A stretch of DNA of 64,000 bases, from positions 86,614,001 to 86,678,000 of the forward strand of contig OZ024747.1 in assembly GCA_964016885.1 (NCBI GenBank). Reading direction: 5' to 3'. Position 1 is the first letter of the stretch; the number at the start of each line of letters is the position of its first letter. The position numbers were made by a program, and so were the translations under genes. Source of the stretch: Eledone cirrhosa (lineage: Eukaryota). Shown here piece after piece: positions 27,900 through 42,890 of the stretch. Under the pieces are notes generated by a model. That model was not told the DNA's origin. It saw only the letters and a list, made by a program, of their open reading frames with translations, and made no database searches.

Positions 27900-28274
27900 C
27901 TTTTCCGCTCTTTCACTTTTTTCTTATTTTTCTTATTTTCTTTCTATACTATATTCTGCTTGTGTTTATTTCTTCATTCTTTTGCTCAGTTTCCTATCCT
28001 ATATTTTCCTCTTCCTTTCCACATATCTAAAATAGAAACACCGATAATCTTATACATTTAAATATGAACTGATATATTTATTTTCTTCTTCTTTATGTAT
28101 GGTATGTAGTGTCACACTGCATACTCAGAGAGGAGAGAGCAGTGTGACAACACGCTGGCTGGTTCCTCTCTGAGTCAAAAACATAAACACACATGTTTAC
28201 TCTCTTTTTTTCTGTGCTTTTCCTTAAAGTCTATCACCATTCCGTTGGTATGCATCTATTACGGAACTTACACC

Positions 28275-28330
28275 CAGCTGAAGATGTCACCGGGTTCTTA
28301 CACAACCTGGTCACTGAAATGTGCATAGTG
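28275..28330 (+). ncRNA. Type I hammerhead ribozyme (family M), one stem I mismatch
   Basis: cag CTGAAGA t-gt-c-accgggtt-cttacac-aacctggt-c-ac-t GAAA tgtgca TA gtg. Confidence 0.72.
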
Positions 28331-28563
28331 TTTGCATGAATAAAAAATGAAGGAAATTCAACATATTTGGCTTCCTGTCACTTCACTTTATAATATATAT
28401 ACATGTATATAGATGTGTGTGTGGGGGGGGGGGGGGGGGTGAGAGAGAGAGAGAGATATATATATATAGAGAGAGAGTCTTGGGTTCAATCATAACTAAT
28501 TAAGAAGCTATTTTCGCCTATTGATTTTCCAGGTTCAAAACACACATACACACATATAAATAT

Positions 28564-28636
<73 letters not shown>

Positions 28637-29584
28637 AAGAAGGAGAATGAGAGAGAAAGAAAGAAGGAGAGTGAGAGAGAGAGAAATATTAAAATACTGT
28701 CTGTATATACATATACCGGGTGTCTCGCATTTTTCTATAAAAACAGCATGTGGCAAATGTCATCGTAAACGCACATGTTCTGGTTTTGTGAAGTTCTGGC
28801 AATTTTTCCATGCCGTAAATTGTATAATTTTACCATAACCGTAACACAGTTTGCTAGGCATAATGATAATTATAATGAAACATTTTCCTGAATGCTATTC
28901 CCAGTATCTGTCCAACACTTTTTGAATGTATAATAATGAATTCTCCCAAATGCGCAATAACTGCCTGTCATTCATTCATTTATTACAAGTCTTATGACAG
29001 GATCATTTAAATGCCTATTACAATAGTCCGGCTAGGAATGTTGAGGTTATTAAAATCAAACCCACAGATTACCGCATACAACATTGCTCATATATTTACT
29101 AGAAAATCTTTCATCAGATAAGTATTTAAATATATTGAGGATAGCGCATGCGCCTAATGTTCTACCATTAACTTACACATTCAGACGCCTTTCAGGACAA
29201 AACACCACATTCCAGCGTTAATCTTTATTCTGTTAATTTGTTTCGCTACAAACACGGATATAGATGTATGCCATAGAAAAAGTGAAAAGTCCAATACTAC
29301 TAAAACTCTAAATAATTAAAGAACTAAAGAAATTTTACAATGGTGGAAACATCTATTTTGTTTTGATTTGCTATGGTTTTCACTCCATAATTTCCAGACT
29401 TTCAGTGTACTGGCTTTTTAACACCCACGCACTTCTTTCAACCGCACAGACACACAAATGTACTCAGCCCCCCCCCCCCCCCCCCCCATCTATATATATT
29501 TATATAAAATAGTTTAGACAAGTTGATAACACAACCATCTAAGGCAAAGAATAATTCAAAGCTCAAATGTGATTTTATAGTCCA

Positions 29585-30160
29585 CAGCAAGTTAGGTAAA
29601 TGACATTCTCCTCTGTACTGATTTCTTCAGAATCCATTGAACAATATAAATAACATTTATCTTTGATATCAGACATCTCCATTTCGATGATGACATGTTT
29701 AAAATACAGTTGGTAAGACATTAACACTTTATGGAAGACTAAACGTACAAATTAAAATGTATTAGTGATAAAATATAACGTGCTATAACTAACCAATATT
29801 TACTTGACTTCTAAAATTTAATGCAAGTATATTAGACTCTACAATAACGTTGTAGAAACACAACCAAAGCTCATAAATTTAATCATTCTTATTAATTGAA
29901 GTAACAACATTTTTAAGCATAACATTAATAGAGTATATTAAAAAAAAAACAATATAAAAATTATGTAAGCTTTTTTAAGAAATTAACAGCCTAACGAGCC
30001 TGTATTAATAGAAGTGAAAAGATTATTTCTAGTGTCACAATAATTATTATAGAGTAAGTTCAGCTTGGAGATGTCTGACATCGAAGGTAAATATGTTATT
30101 TATATTGTTTAATGTATTCTGAAGAAATCGCTACGGAGGAGCATGATGAAACATCTTGCT
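29585..30160. repeat. Old inverted repeat (arms about 80-95 bp, spacer about 385 bp)
   Basis: 29606-29680 pairs imperfectly with 30066-30143. The arms contain CTGAAGA. Confidence 0.7.
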
Positions 30161-30926
30161 GAAACGTTCGTAAATCAATAAGGTAATTTAATGTGATAAT
30201 GTTTACAATATTTCATTGAAATATTCTACCGTTTAACTGTATGTTTATCAGTATATCATTATCACTCAATACTAGTGCGTATGATATGGCTGTTTATTGT
30301 CTATGCACTTAAAATATCCAAATAGTAATAGATTCATAATGGAAGTTTTAGCGATAGTGTCTTTCTATGTAGTTGAAGCTTTATGAGACTGTTCTTTCAA
30401 ATCAGCGGGGAAAAGACGATGAATTCATTAGCTGCAGATAAAGTTTAGTGAAATGCTTTACCAGGAGGATTTACAAAAGTCAAGATATAAGACAATTGTC
30501 ATTCTTTAGAGAGAAAGAATAAGAATGAATATACACGTTTTAACACCAAGTTTGCTAAATACCGATGGGAAAATGAAAGAAATAGAGGAGTGGGTTGGAA
30601 CCATTTATGTGGGAAGAGAGTAATTAAAAAGAAACGGTGAGACACGATATGAGAAGCTGGGGAATGGCTCAGGGTAGAAAAAAGAAAAGTGTGAGGGAGT
30701 AGCAGCCGAAGTTTGTTTACAGAGACAGGTCAATAGAAATGGGTAATAAATGGTGAAAACAAATGATGGGAGGTAGAAGCGAGAAAGTATGGATTAGGTA
30801 GCAATGGAAAGAAAGACACAAAGAAAATAATACAGTCACTCACACAAAGACGGATGTAGGGATGTAGCGGGAAAATGAAATGAAGTAACGGAAAATTGAA
30901 CTCAGAATATATATATACATATTGTC

Positions 30927-30977
30927 GGCTTCCTGATGATTTCTCCCGAATGAAACAGTTCTAGTCCTGTAGAAGCC
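30927..30977 (+). ncRNA. Minimal type I hammerhead ribozyme (family B; element about 30922-31062)
   Basis: ggcttc CTGATGA t-ttc-tccc-gaa-t GAAA cag-ttctagtc-ctg TA gaagcc; stem I covaries relative to the 12826 copy. Confidence 0.9.
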
Positions 30978-31061
30978 TTTTCTAGATTAAATATTTATAC
31001 TCTGCTTTGTATTGAATACCTTACTTACTGTGGTTACCCCCCGATTGAACCAGGAATAAAC

Positions 31062-31102
<41 letters not shown>

Positions 31103-31113
31103 TACACACACAT

Positions 31114-31152
<39 letters not shown>

Positions 31153-31344
31153 TCAATATACATACATTTATACACTTATATATATATTTTGGGATTGTAA
31201 AGTCCCCAGTTACTGTAGGTTCACACTCGATGTGTAGTTTTCAGTATGTATATTGGAGGCGTACTAAGCATAACAGAAGAGCTTTTGATTTCAGAGTAGG
31301 GCCAGATTGATACATATCGAACCTTGGACAAAGAAGCAGTAGTC

Positions 31345-31512
31345 ACTTCTTGACTTTATGAATGAGTTTTTCTAGTCCCAACTTGTCCTTGCACCAACAA
31401 GATATCAGAAGAATATTTTGGACCTAGTGTTTTGTAACCACACTAACACTATATATAATATTACAGTAGAAAAAACCCTTCTTTCAGACCATAACATGGT
31501 TCTCTGTAACAT
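31345..31512 (+). mobile_element. CR1-like LINE APE endonuclease relic
   Basis: LLDFMNEFF*SQLVLAPTRYQKNILDLVFCN..LSDHNMV, with the PTR, LDLV and SDH motifs. Confidence 0.75.
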
Positions 31513-31526
31513 GAGATTCCACCATA

Positions 31527-31574
<48 letters not shown>

Positions 31575-31597
31575 AAAAGAGAGAGAGAGAGAGAGAG

Positions 31598-31898
31598 AAA
31601 AAGATGAAATCGAAAATGCAACTGGAGTCTTATTTTAAAAATATATATATATTTATTTGGTTCCTTTACCGGTTTCGCAGTTCTTCTGCTTTTCAAAAGT
31701 AGAGTTGAGATGGAGGGTCTGTGGTTTTTCTCACATCTGTGAGAAAAACCACAGACCCTCCATCTCAAGGAACCAAATAAATATGTATATTTTTAAAAAA
31801 TAAGACTCCAGTTGCATTTTCGATTTCATCTTTTTTCTTTATACTTTCACTCGTGTAGGACACCTCGGTTATTTTTCATTTTGTAAAAAAAACCTCAC

Positions 31899-31905
<7 letters not shown>
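31598..31905. mobile_element. HHR-element family N, fold-back; variant HHR at 31665-31699 (-)
   Basis: Arms 31598-31664 and 31769-31835, inner palindrome 31706-31768. Minus strand: ctt TTGAAAA gcag-aagaa-ctgc GAAA ccgg TA aag. Confidence 0.82.
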
Positions 31906-33002
<1,097 letters not shown>

Positions 33003-33023
33003 AATATATATATATATACATAA

Positions 33024-33142
<119 letters not shown>

Positions 33143-35280
33143 CATATATATATATTTATATTATTATTATTGTTGTTGTTGTTGTTTTTGTTACGCTAGA
33201 TTACCTTATCATTGTCAAGATTACACTTAATTTGAAATTCCACCAATGAGAGAAAAAGAAGAAATATTGCATCATTCTGCTCCTTTCTTTCATTTCCCCC
33301 ACTTTATTCTCTCTCCCTCACTTCCACGCTACTTTGCTTTCATTTTTGCTTTCTTCTGTTTTACATACTCTAATATAAGGTGGGCCTTTCGTAAAAATGA
33401 AATGTGTTACCCATGGCAAAAATCAATTTTTATTATGACGCAGTGTTTATTCACACTTCTTAATCAAACTAGACGACACGTTAACCACTCGGCTACTGCG
33501 TCGTTTCATTCGTCTTATTAACCACCTGAAGACCTATACAAATACAAGAGTAAAAAGAGAAACTGATAAAACTAATATCAATATTACAGAGCGTGTAATT
33601 GTTTGAAACTATATGTGGCCTCTATAGAATTTCATATAGCCACAGGAACAAATAGGTCAGTTCAATTTCACCTATACATTGGATAGGTGGGAAATAATTT
33701 TTCAAGCTGATAATGAAGTACCATTGTTTGAAAGTTTAATCAACACAACAATTTGAAACTGTTCCTTACTTCTTTTTTTAATATCACCCGCTTCTTATAA
33801 GGCGTGGCGTTTATAACACTACATTCTTTTTACTATTTGTTAAACGGTGTATTTATGGAAAAGGAAAATGTGATATAGCTACGTTCATCTATTTACCCAA
33901 GGAATTAGAATCGTAACTGAAATTAAATAAATCTATGATGAAACTAAGACTTAGTTAAAGTTTGTCCCCCCCCCCCTCACTGTGAGTTATATCAACATAC
34001 TCTTGCCTCATCGTTTTCTCGAATAAATTATCCACCTATTACTGGACGAACGCTTCAAATTGGCAGTATCGCCAGAGCGTCGCATAAATGATTTGAGTAT
34101 CTGCTTTGAATTTTATTTCTTCTTGAATCGATACAGAGCGGTAGATTGGTAAAATTATTATAACGTTGGGCAAAACGATTTGCGATATTTATTCAGGTTC
34201 TTTGTATTCTGAGTAACCTGGTCGACGAGGCGAATTTCTTTGTGTCAAAGTCGGCAAGATGTGTTATAACAAATATTACTTTTGTATCCCCACACGAAAA
34301 TTCTATGACAAGCACAAAACGCACATCAAAGATGTATCTAGGGCCCTTTGATGACCTGGCGGTGCATAAAAGAAAGGGGTCGATATCTTAGGTTGATGAG
34401 TCATTCATATGTTGACTTTTAATTTCCACTGACATTAGACACTGTCTAAAAAAAGAATGTTTACCCAATATCAATGACAACTGATGTAGTAGAAGGAAAG
34501 TTATAATTGATTTCATTCCGTCAACTGGAGGTCGAGAACTTTTCATTAAAATCTCACAAAAAAAGACATTTCGAGTAATACAACTATTTACGGCTGTACG
34601 GAGAGAAGGTTAGATTGAATTATGTTTGCTACACACACATGTATAACTGAGGACGCGATACAAACCATCGACTCGTTTATCCAATAGTTCCAACACATTA
34701 CATTCTTGGTCAAAAATAAATTCTACCTTACTTGTATTCTGAACCATTCTCTAAAGCTTAATGAATAGAAAAGAACCATAGGTACACATGATATAACAAT
34801 TGTCAACAAGAAAAAATCGATACAAGAGAACAATACAATAATGATGTATTACTAAAATGCTTAATAGAGTTGTAAATGAGCGGTAACCATTCATTGGAGG
34901 AGAGAAACAGATAAAATAAAAGATGTATAGGAGAGACGAAAGATGTATAAGACAGACGAAAAGAAAAAAGAAAACATCGGATAAAAAGTATTTATACTTC
35001 AAAACAACTTGATAGTTTCACTAATGTGCAATTTCCGTGTTTGAAGTAAAACAATAACAACGGCATAACAAAAATATAACTAAAAACATCTCTGGGCTAT
35101 GATCTTGTCAGCTTTTGAAAATCCCATATTTTTATTTGATTTCGATCGGAACCTAACCACGTTGTAGAACATATCTATTAACAGAAAATAGATTTCAACA
35201 TTCGTATTGCATATTGATTCGCTTCGAGATTGGAAGATTTTATCTTATCTATTATTAAACTTTGGCCCAAAGCATATTTT

Positions 35281-35281
35281 A

Positions 35282-35347
<66 letters not shown>

Positions 35348-35366
35348 AACGACTACTACTACAACG

Positions 35367-35452
<86 letters not shown>
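35281..35452. repeat. (ACT)n microsatellite adjoining the LINE tail
   Basis: Directly visible. Confidence 0.97.
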
Positions 35453-36795
35453 ATCATCATCATCATCTGGTGCCATGTCTGTTCCAGATATCGGCGATTC
35501 CACAAAGAATCAACTTCACCAAACTGTATCTTCTGTTTATCTGGCCAAATCACTACAATTGCCTCTTTCTAATAGGACGAACAAGAAATCTTTCCATGCA
35601 GCCCTATCTGAAACCTCTTCGATTCATTTTGAGATGGCTGATCTCGCTATCTATTCTTATAGCAACCTCTTGTCCCCAATATAAATTTGGAAGGACTCGC
35701 TGGTCTTCGCCATCTACATGTAATTCTTGGAGTATACTGAATAGATCATGTCTCACTTTGTCAAACGCTTTTGAATAGTCTATGAAGCATAAACAGATGT
35801 CCTTTTGAACTTCGATTGATCTTTCTAATACCGTGGATAGGGAGAAGTTGGCGTTTTCTAGTGCTCTTGTTCGGAACAAAACTGAATTGGGTATCTGATA
35901 TTTCCGAGTAAATTTTTCTCTCAATTTTTTTCTTGAGAATGCAGAGGAGAAATTTTGTTATGTAACTCATACAACTAATTGTTTTGTTTCGGTCACACTC
36001 CGTGGTCCTGGGCTTCTTTAATGTCCTGGAGGAGTACTCCACAGTCATATATGATGTTAAACAATTTCGTAAGTTCAGCAATTCCTATTTCAACTAGGAC
36101 CTCCAGTAACTTGGTTGTTATTTGATCTGAACCCAATGCCTTGCTACCCTTCATTTTATTCAGTGCTTTATGTGCTTCATTCTTGAGAATTGGTGGATCT
36201 TCAAAGTTTTATTTCTTATCTGGGGTGGGGTTGGGGTTGCGTTTATCATAAAATAGTTCTAAATATTCCAGCCATCTCTTCAAAATATTACTTTTGTGCA
36301 TAAGAATGTTTCCGCCTTTTGCTTTTATGCAGCCTATTTTTGAAGACGATTTTCTTCCGGAAATCTCTTTCATTTATTCATGCCTGTATTTGCTGTCATC
36401 CCCGTTATAGCATTCGATTACTATGAACTGTTCGTTAATCCAAAATAATTTGTTGCATTCGTTCTTAATGTTTTTACCTAATTCGCGATAACTCTGTTGT
36501 TTTGTTTTTTCACTTTCCGCCATTGCTCGTTGAAATCTCAGATATCCTGAGTCATCTATGTTTTATGGTCTTTCCGCCATGTAGTTTTCTGAATGTCTTC
36601 TTTTGCCGATTTTTGAATGCATTCTTTCATGTTCTTTCATATCTCTTCAATATTTATAAAATAGTCCAGAGCGTTAAAAGTATTCCTGACACAAATGGAA
36701 TATTTTAGTTTTACATCTCCATTTTCCTTCAAAAGGTTGTATTGGAGTTTATGTTGGAATTTGGATCTGCTGGTCTTTATCAGTCTTAGATTCAT
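35453..36795 (-). mobile_element. RTE-clade LINE relic (RT region, internally deleted)
   Basis: ERSIEVQKDICLCFIDYSKAFDKVRH, LYWGQEVAIRIDSEIS and TISCMSYITKFLLCIL; (TGA)n 3' tail. Confidence 0.88.
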
Positions 36796-36809
36796 ACTAC
36801 TACAATAAT

Positions 36810-37710
36810 AATTATTAATTCTTTATTGCCCACTAGAACCGAAACATGTAGGGCCGTACAAAAGAGAGGAACAGTGGGATCAAAACTTGTAAAAAAGATA
36901 AGAGATAACAATAGAGAATATAATTATAACAATAAAAATTCCCCTAATTGGGGAAGAGTACCACCCAGGGATGATTTATGAACCCTACCGATCCTAAACC
37001 ACTTTACTCTTCAAGAGGACCCGAGGAGGCCGTTCCTCTCCTCTTTAAACTCTCCAACATACATGTGCACGGTTAGAGTAGGCCCGTTCACTTGGACTAT
37101 CTTCGCTATTTCACTGACCTTTGAATAAATGTATTGGGAAGTAGCACCTCCCTCACCACCCTCATCTTCCTTTCCAAGTGGAACTTGAAAAAGTTGAGGA
37201 AGAATTGGTGGAAGAGAAACGTGTCTGTCTTCAGTCCTTTCAGCTACGTCTACTACACAAACTCTTTTGCTACAACGACAAGACAGTGGAAAATTGCATG
37301 CACTTCTCAGCCCCCAAACGTGTGTGTGTGTGGGGTGGGTGGGTGGGGGTGGGTGGGTGGGTGGGGGGGGGGGGGGGGGGGGGAAATGTTCATGATGGAC
37401 TCGGTCGATAGGTGAATCCGTCCTAAACGCAATAAGAGTTATTCAACAGTTAGCAGTGACTCACACTGGACGAGTGCGTGCAGAACAGTTTCATCGCCAT
37501 ACGCGCATCATGGTCATGTCCGTCTGACAGCACTTTCGTACCTGTAGAGTTCGTCTCGAACTGGCAGTGACCCCCCCCCCCAGTTATTTCTGGAAGTTGT
37601 CCATAGCACCCGGTTCCAAATCCTGGAACCGAGTGCTATTCCGAACAGACTGATAAGTTCGATTTCATCGACGCTCAGAGCCTCACCGAGGACGTCGTCA
37701 CACTTGTTGT
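36810..37710 (-). mobile_element. L1/Tx1-like LINE ORF2 3' relic
   Basis: Minus strand gives NFQK, GSLPVRDELYRY and DETVLHALVQC (zf-RVT/CCHC-like), with frameshifts. Confidence 0.7.
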
Positions 37711-38161
37711 TTCTCTGTTGCTACCTTGATGCGACAACCGTCGTTTTCGTGATTGTTGTTGTTGTTGACGGTGGCCTTGTTGGTGATGTCTATGGTGATG
37801 TTGATGATAGTGGTGGTGGTAGTGTCACTATTGTCATCATTTGCACTCCAGTCCCAGGCGCTGTCACGTGACATGAACTTCTCGCTGCTGAATTTGGAAA
37901 GAGGTGTCGCCTCAATTTTGACGAAAAATGATGGTGTAGATTACAATTTGTAAAGTTCGAAGATTTGGGCCAAAGGCACACATATTATGGGGTCGCCTCT
38001 CTTCAGAGCAAAGACTGATGCTATGTATCCACTTTCTAACATAAAAAAGTATAGCAAATAACGATTTAAACGTGGGTAAATTACAAACACATGGGCACTT
38101 ACAACAACACTTCTGAACAAACCAATAACAACAGTAACAATAATAATACCACCACCACCAC

Positions 38162-38478
38162 CAACAACCACAATAATAATATTAACAATAATGATGATGA
38201 TGATAATGATAATAATAATAATTGTTTCTATTTTTGGCACAAGGCCAGCAATTACCCCAGTGTATTACTGGTGCTTTATTTTATCGACCCCGTAAGGATG
38301 AAAGGCAAAGTTAACCTCGGCGGAATTAACTTTGTCTTTCATCCTCACGGGGTCGATAAAATAAAGTACTAGTAATGCACTGGGATAATTGCTGGCCTTG
38401 TTCCAAAAGAAGAAACAATTATCACCATCATCATCATCATTATTATTGTTAATATTATTATTATTGTTGTTGTTGTTG
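38162..38478. repeat. Head-to-head palindrome of two SINE S1 3' halves including their flanking microsatellite
   Basis: 38218-38314 is the reverse complement of 38325-38422, and the flanks are also inverted. Confidence 0.85.
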
Positions 38479-39624
38479 CCACTAGAATATCCTTATTTGA
38501 GTTGAAAACTGACAGTTTTGTATTGATATTATTATTCAAAATTGTGTTCCAGCTTCTGATATTGCATCTAATGTGACGAATGTTTATATGTCTACCGTTT
38601 TCAGTGTACTTTGTTGTTGTGATTTGCTATAGGTTATTATTGTAGGTTTTGTTGACGTATTTAATCTTATTTCGTTGTGATCATTGGTGTTAAAGTGGTT
38701 ACTCTCTTTCCTGTATATTCTTTCATTTTAATTTATTTTTATTTTGTTTATTGGTGTTATTGCTTGTGAGGCAGGCGTTCTAAGATGCTGTCTTTCATTG
38801 TGCCGGTACCTATTTCGATTTTGTTGTTGCTATTGCTGTTCTTAATACCATGAGATGTCATTTGTGTAATTGTTATTGGTGTTGTTGTTATAGGCGATGA
38901 TCTTGTATTTGCTGTTGTTGCCAATACGCTTAATATATTTTAACAATGGATGGGCATATAAATCGTGAAGTTTACAATGTAATCCCGTATTGAAAATACT
39001 AAAAGAAACCTGTTATTGAATGGAAATTCATCGTAAACAAGACACACTATCGATCTTTGATGCCCAGTGTAGAGAGCTGTTAGCAGTTTAAAGTAACAAA
39101 TAGAAAAGAAAGAGGAGGAAAGAGGATGTGAGACAAAAAGGGCGGAGAAAAGAGGAAGAAAGGTGTAGGTGGATGTAAACGAGGAGTGGCAAAGGTGAAA
39201 ATGAAAGAATAGGAAGGAAAACAGGGAAACAAAATGTGTCAATGCGAAAGTGAAGCTAATGAGAAACTATATGTGGATGTTCTATATAGAATACATCACA
39301 TACGAACACATACATAAAATAAATCTAAGTTTAATTTCAATGGCGTGCAAACAATCGTAAAACACACACACCTACTTAAATACATACATTCAAATATAGA
39401 CACACACACTAACACCTGATCATGATCACGATCATGTGTGTGTATGCATCTATCTTTGTATATGTGTAGCGCATGCACTTGAAAAAGAGATGGTTGAAGA
39501 TAATGATGAGAAGGAAATATTCATTTAACGATATTGAAATAATTAGCTATATATGAGTGGAAGCGAAAACGTATCTGTAGAATGTCCTCCTTAATTTCCC
39601 GACTGAGGCACTCGTATTCGGAAT

Positions 39625-39682
39625 GGTCACACACTCTCTCTCTCACACTCAAAGATATACATACATGGGTGTGTACACACAC

Positions 39683-39781
<99 letters not shown>

Positions 39782-40023
39782 CCTCTCACACACACATATA
39801 CACATACATGGGTGCATACACACAACTCTTTTTCTCTCTCTCTCTCTCACACACACATATATACACATACATGGGTGTGTACACACACAACTCACTCACT
39901 CTCTCACGCACAAAGATATACATGGGTGTGTACACTGAAAACTCTCTCTCTTTCCCTCTCTCTCTCACACACACATATACACATACATGGGTGCGTACAC
40001 ACACAACTCTCCCTTTCTCTCTC

Positions 40024-40082
<59 letters not shown>

Positions 40083-40170
40083 TACATTTACATGAGTGTG
40101 TACACACACAACACTCTCTCTCTCTACCTTTTCCCCTCCCTCTCAAACACAGGTACACACATACATGGCT
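39625..40170. repeat. Compound minisatellite, about 7 units of (CT)n-(CA)n-CATACATGGGTGTGTACACACACAA
   Basis: The ACATGGGTG(T/C)GTACAC motif recurs between (CT)n runs. Confidence 0.85.
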
Positions 40171-41677
40171 GTATGGGTCGAAGAATACGCATGGGATTGT
40201 TATACATTCCAATAGTATGTTATTAACAAAGCTGATGGGATAGAAAGTCCGCTTCGAAATCACGACGTCCCAAATTCGGCCCCATAGTATGGAATGTTAG
40301 GCAAGTGTGTTTACTACGAAATTGTTTAGCTAGAAAATATTATTGGACCCGTCGTTATGTTTGTAAATGCAAATCAGTCCAGCCTTGTCATATATTTTGT
40401 TTTCTCTGACATGGCTAGGGACACGGCTAGGGACTTAAGTTAAAGGTACACATGTTTACTCAATCCCTTAGAAGTTAAGTTTATACTATTCAAAAATAGC
40501 TTTCGCTATCCGCTCATATCAGTGAACAGCAAGAGCTAGTTATTTGCTTTTCTCCGTGTTTTCAACAGTGGGTGTTTGTCTTGACTAGCTCACGGAACAT
40601 CTACAGTTGACAAAAATATTATGGAACCTAAAAACGTATGGCAGTAATGATAGCAATGAATATAATATGGCCATACCATCACAGGATGGAAAATGGTTGA
40701 TGTCGGATCCATGTTGATAATGCTTGCTTGGTTCACGAGTTAATTGTTTTTATTTTTAATAACTTTATTTATAAGCTATATTTAATTTCAGAGAGATAGG
40801 CAGACCAGGTATGGAGCACAGCAATGGTAACACGATACAGGCTGTATTTCTTTCCGTCATAATCCAACAGAGATGAAGCATGCCCAAATGGTTAAAAAAA
40901 GTTCGCTTCACAACCAAAAGGTCCAATGGTTGTGTCCAATGCGTGACATCTTCGTTTACGATAGCTTCGGATACCCAAAGTTTGTGAATGACATTAATCA
41001 TAGGAAAACAGATTAGAATTTCGTCAGATTGACTGTGCCAATGTTTCAAAGGTCCGATGAATCTATTATAGAATTTCTTTAAGAGCATACATATCTGTAG
41101 ATATTGCATTTTAATTTCACGAGCAGATTGTTCCGTTGATTGAAAAATTAGAATACCCATTGACGAAACAAACGAAAGTCAATTCCACTCCATTTTATTT
41201 CAATAGAATACCAACTGGACATCGTACATCTATAAGAGACTGATGCTTATTAAAACCTATTAGCAAATATTCCTTTCTGCTCGAAGTCTCGTAATAATAC
41301 TAACAATGATTCAACGGTACACCACTTACGAGCATAACGTAGCATTTTTAAAATGGATAGAAACATACTCAATGGGAAGTCTAAATATAGTGAGTAAAAA
41401 TAAAACTTAAAATGTCTTCGCCTACATTAATTTTCAAACAGCGGACGTCCATGAGAATATTACCCAGTCATTGTTCCATAGTATTAACTTTGTAATCAAA
41501 ACATTTCATTAGAAAATAACGACACTACTGGCATGCTATAAATTCTGCGAAATAAATGCAAATGACTATGGAAGTTGTTTAGCTCCATATCGTCTCAGTC
41601 TTTATCGATTAAACCTGTAATCAAAGTCACTTTAGCCATATACATCACATAATGTTAGTTGTCTCTATAATTGCAAT

Positions 41678-41830
41678 GAGGTGGCGAATTGGCAGAATCG
41701 TTATAACGTTGGATAGAATGCTATGTAACATTAGTTTCGTCTCTCTGCTCTCTGAGTTCAAATCCCTCCGAGGTCAAATTTGCCTTTCATCATTTCAAGG
41801 CCGATGAAAAAGTACCAGTTTAGTACTGAT
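41678..41830 (+). mobile_element. SINE S1, diverged
   Basis: TTGGCAGAATCG..GAGTTCAAATCC..GCCTTTCATC..AAGTACCAG. Confidence 0.75.
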
Positions 41831-42224
41831 GTCAATTTTTCCTCTAAACCTCTTCATTAATTCCTCTATCTCACATTCTGTTCTATTCTGGAAGAAATTT
41901 ACTGTACTCAGTAAAATGCCCAAGGAGCGCCGTATGCCAATATGGCACCCAATCGATTCCATCAAATGTTACGGGACTATACCATAATTGGAGTATCTAA
42001 TGTACCAGTTTTACTTTAAGGAGTGATGATTGGTATTTATAGCAGGTTGAGTGTTGTTGAAACCCTGTTCAGTCTTCAAGAATTAAAGACAGTGAAGCCA
42101 TGTTCAGTATGTCTTTCACATTTCAACACAGTAAAGTGTGTAGTTTGGGAGGTAAGGGAGAATCGAATGTTGTTTCTAGCTGATAAATTGATTGCATAGA
42201 ATTTACTTTGTTGGTTCGTGTCAA

Positions 42225-42890
42225 TAAAATTGAGACTGAGTTCTAATTTAGGCACAATTCCTAGAATTGGTTTAGGTGAGGAATGGCGAGTGCCCGGAAA
42301 ACAGTACTTGATGGGTACTTTATAATATCAAACGATAGAATCATGAATGGTAAAAATGATTTCGACGTGATTTCAATTCAGAATTTAAAGTGTAATAGTA
42401 AATGGGCAGAAATATTTTTCCCACTCTCAAAATGATCCTGTTAATTCACAAGACTTTTGTTAACACAATTATTAATGGTTTCTGATTTAGTCACAAGGCT
42501 AACAATTGTGGGGGAGGGAGGGGACAGTCGATTAAATCGACCCCAGTCCGTTACTGGTACTTTATTTTATTGATCCCATAAAGATGAAAGGCAAAACTTA
42601 CCTCAGCGAGATTTCAACTCAGAATGTAAAGGTCCGAAACTCTATCCTGCAAAGTATGTTGTCTGACGATCGACTGACACTGTCAAAAACAAAATTAATC
42701 ATGATTTTTCATTTAGGTATAAGCAAACAATTTTGATGAAGGGGAAAGTTGATTAGTGCGTTAGTAGTATTTTATTTCATCGAGCCTATAAGGATGAAAA
42801 GTAAAGATAACCTCGGTGGAATTTGAAATCAAAACATAAATCAAAACATGTCCTACGCTCCACCCATACTGCCAATCCATCGCCCTAAAC
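42225..42890 (-). mobile_element. Cluster of three SINE S1 copies (42225-42450, 42474-42685, 42700-42890)
   Basis: Each shows AGG(C/T)A.AA..GGTAC/GTA TTT..GATGAAA.GC/TAAA homology to 655-873. Confidence 0.7.

Noticed and set aside
39625-40170. Repeat-spacer appearance resembling a CRISPR array
   Set aside because: The spacers are (CT)n/(CA)n runs in eukaryotic DNA with no cas genes; it is a minisatellite.
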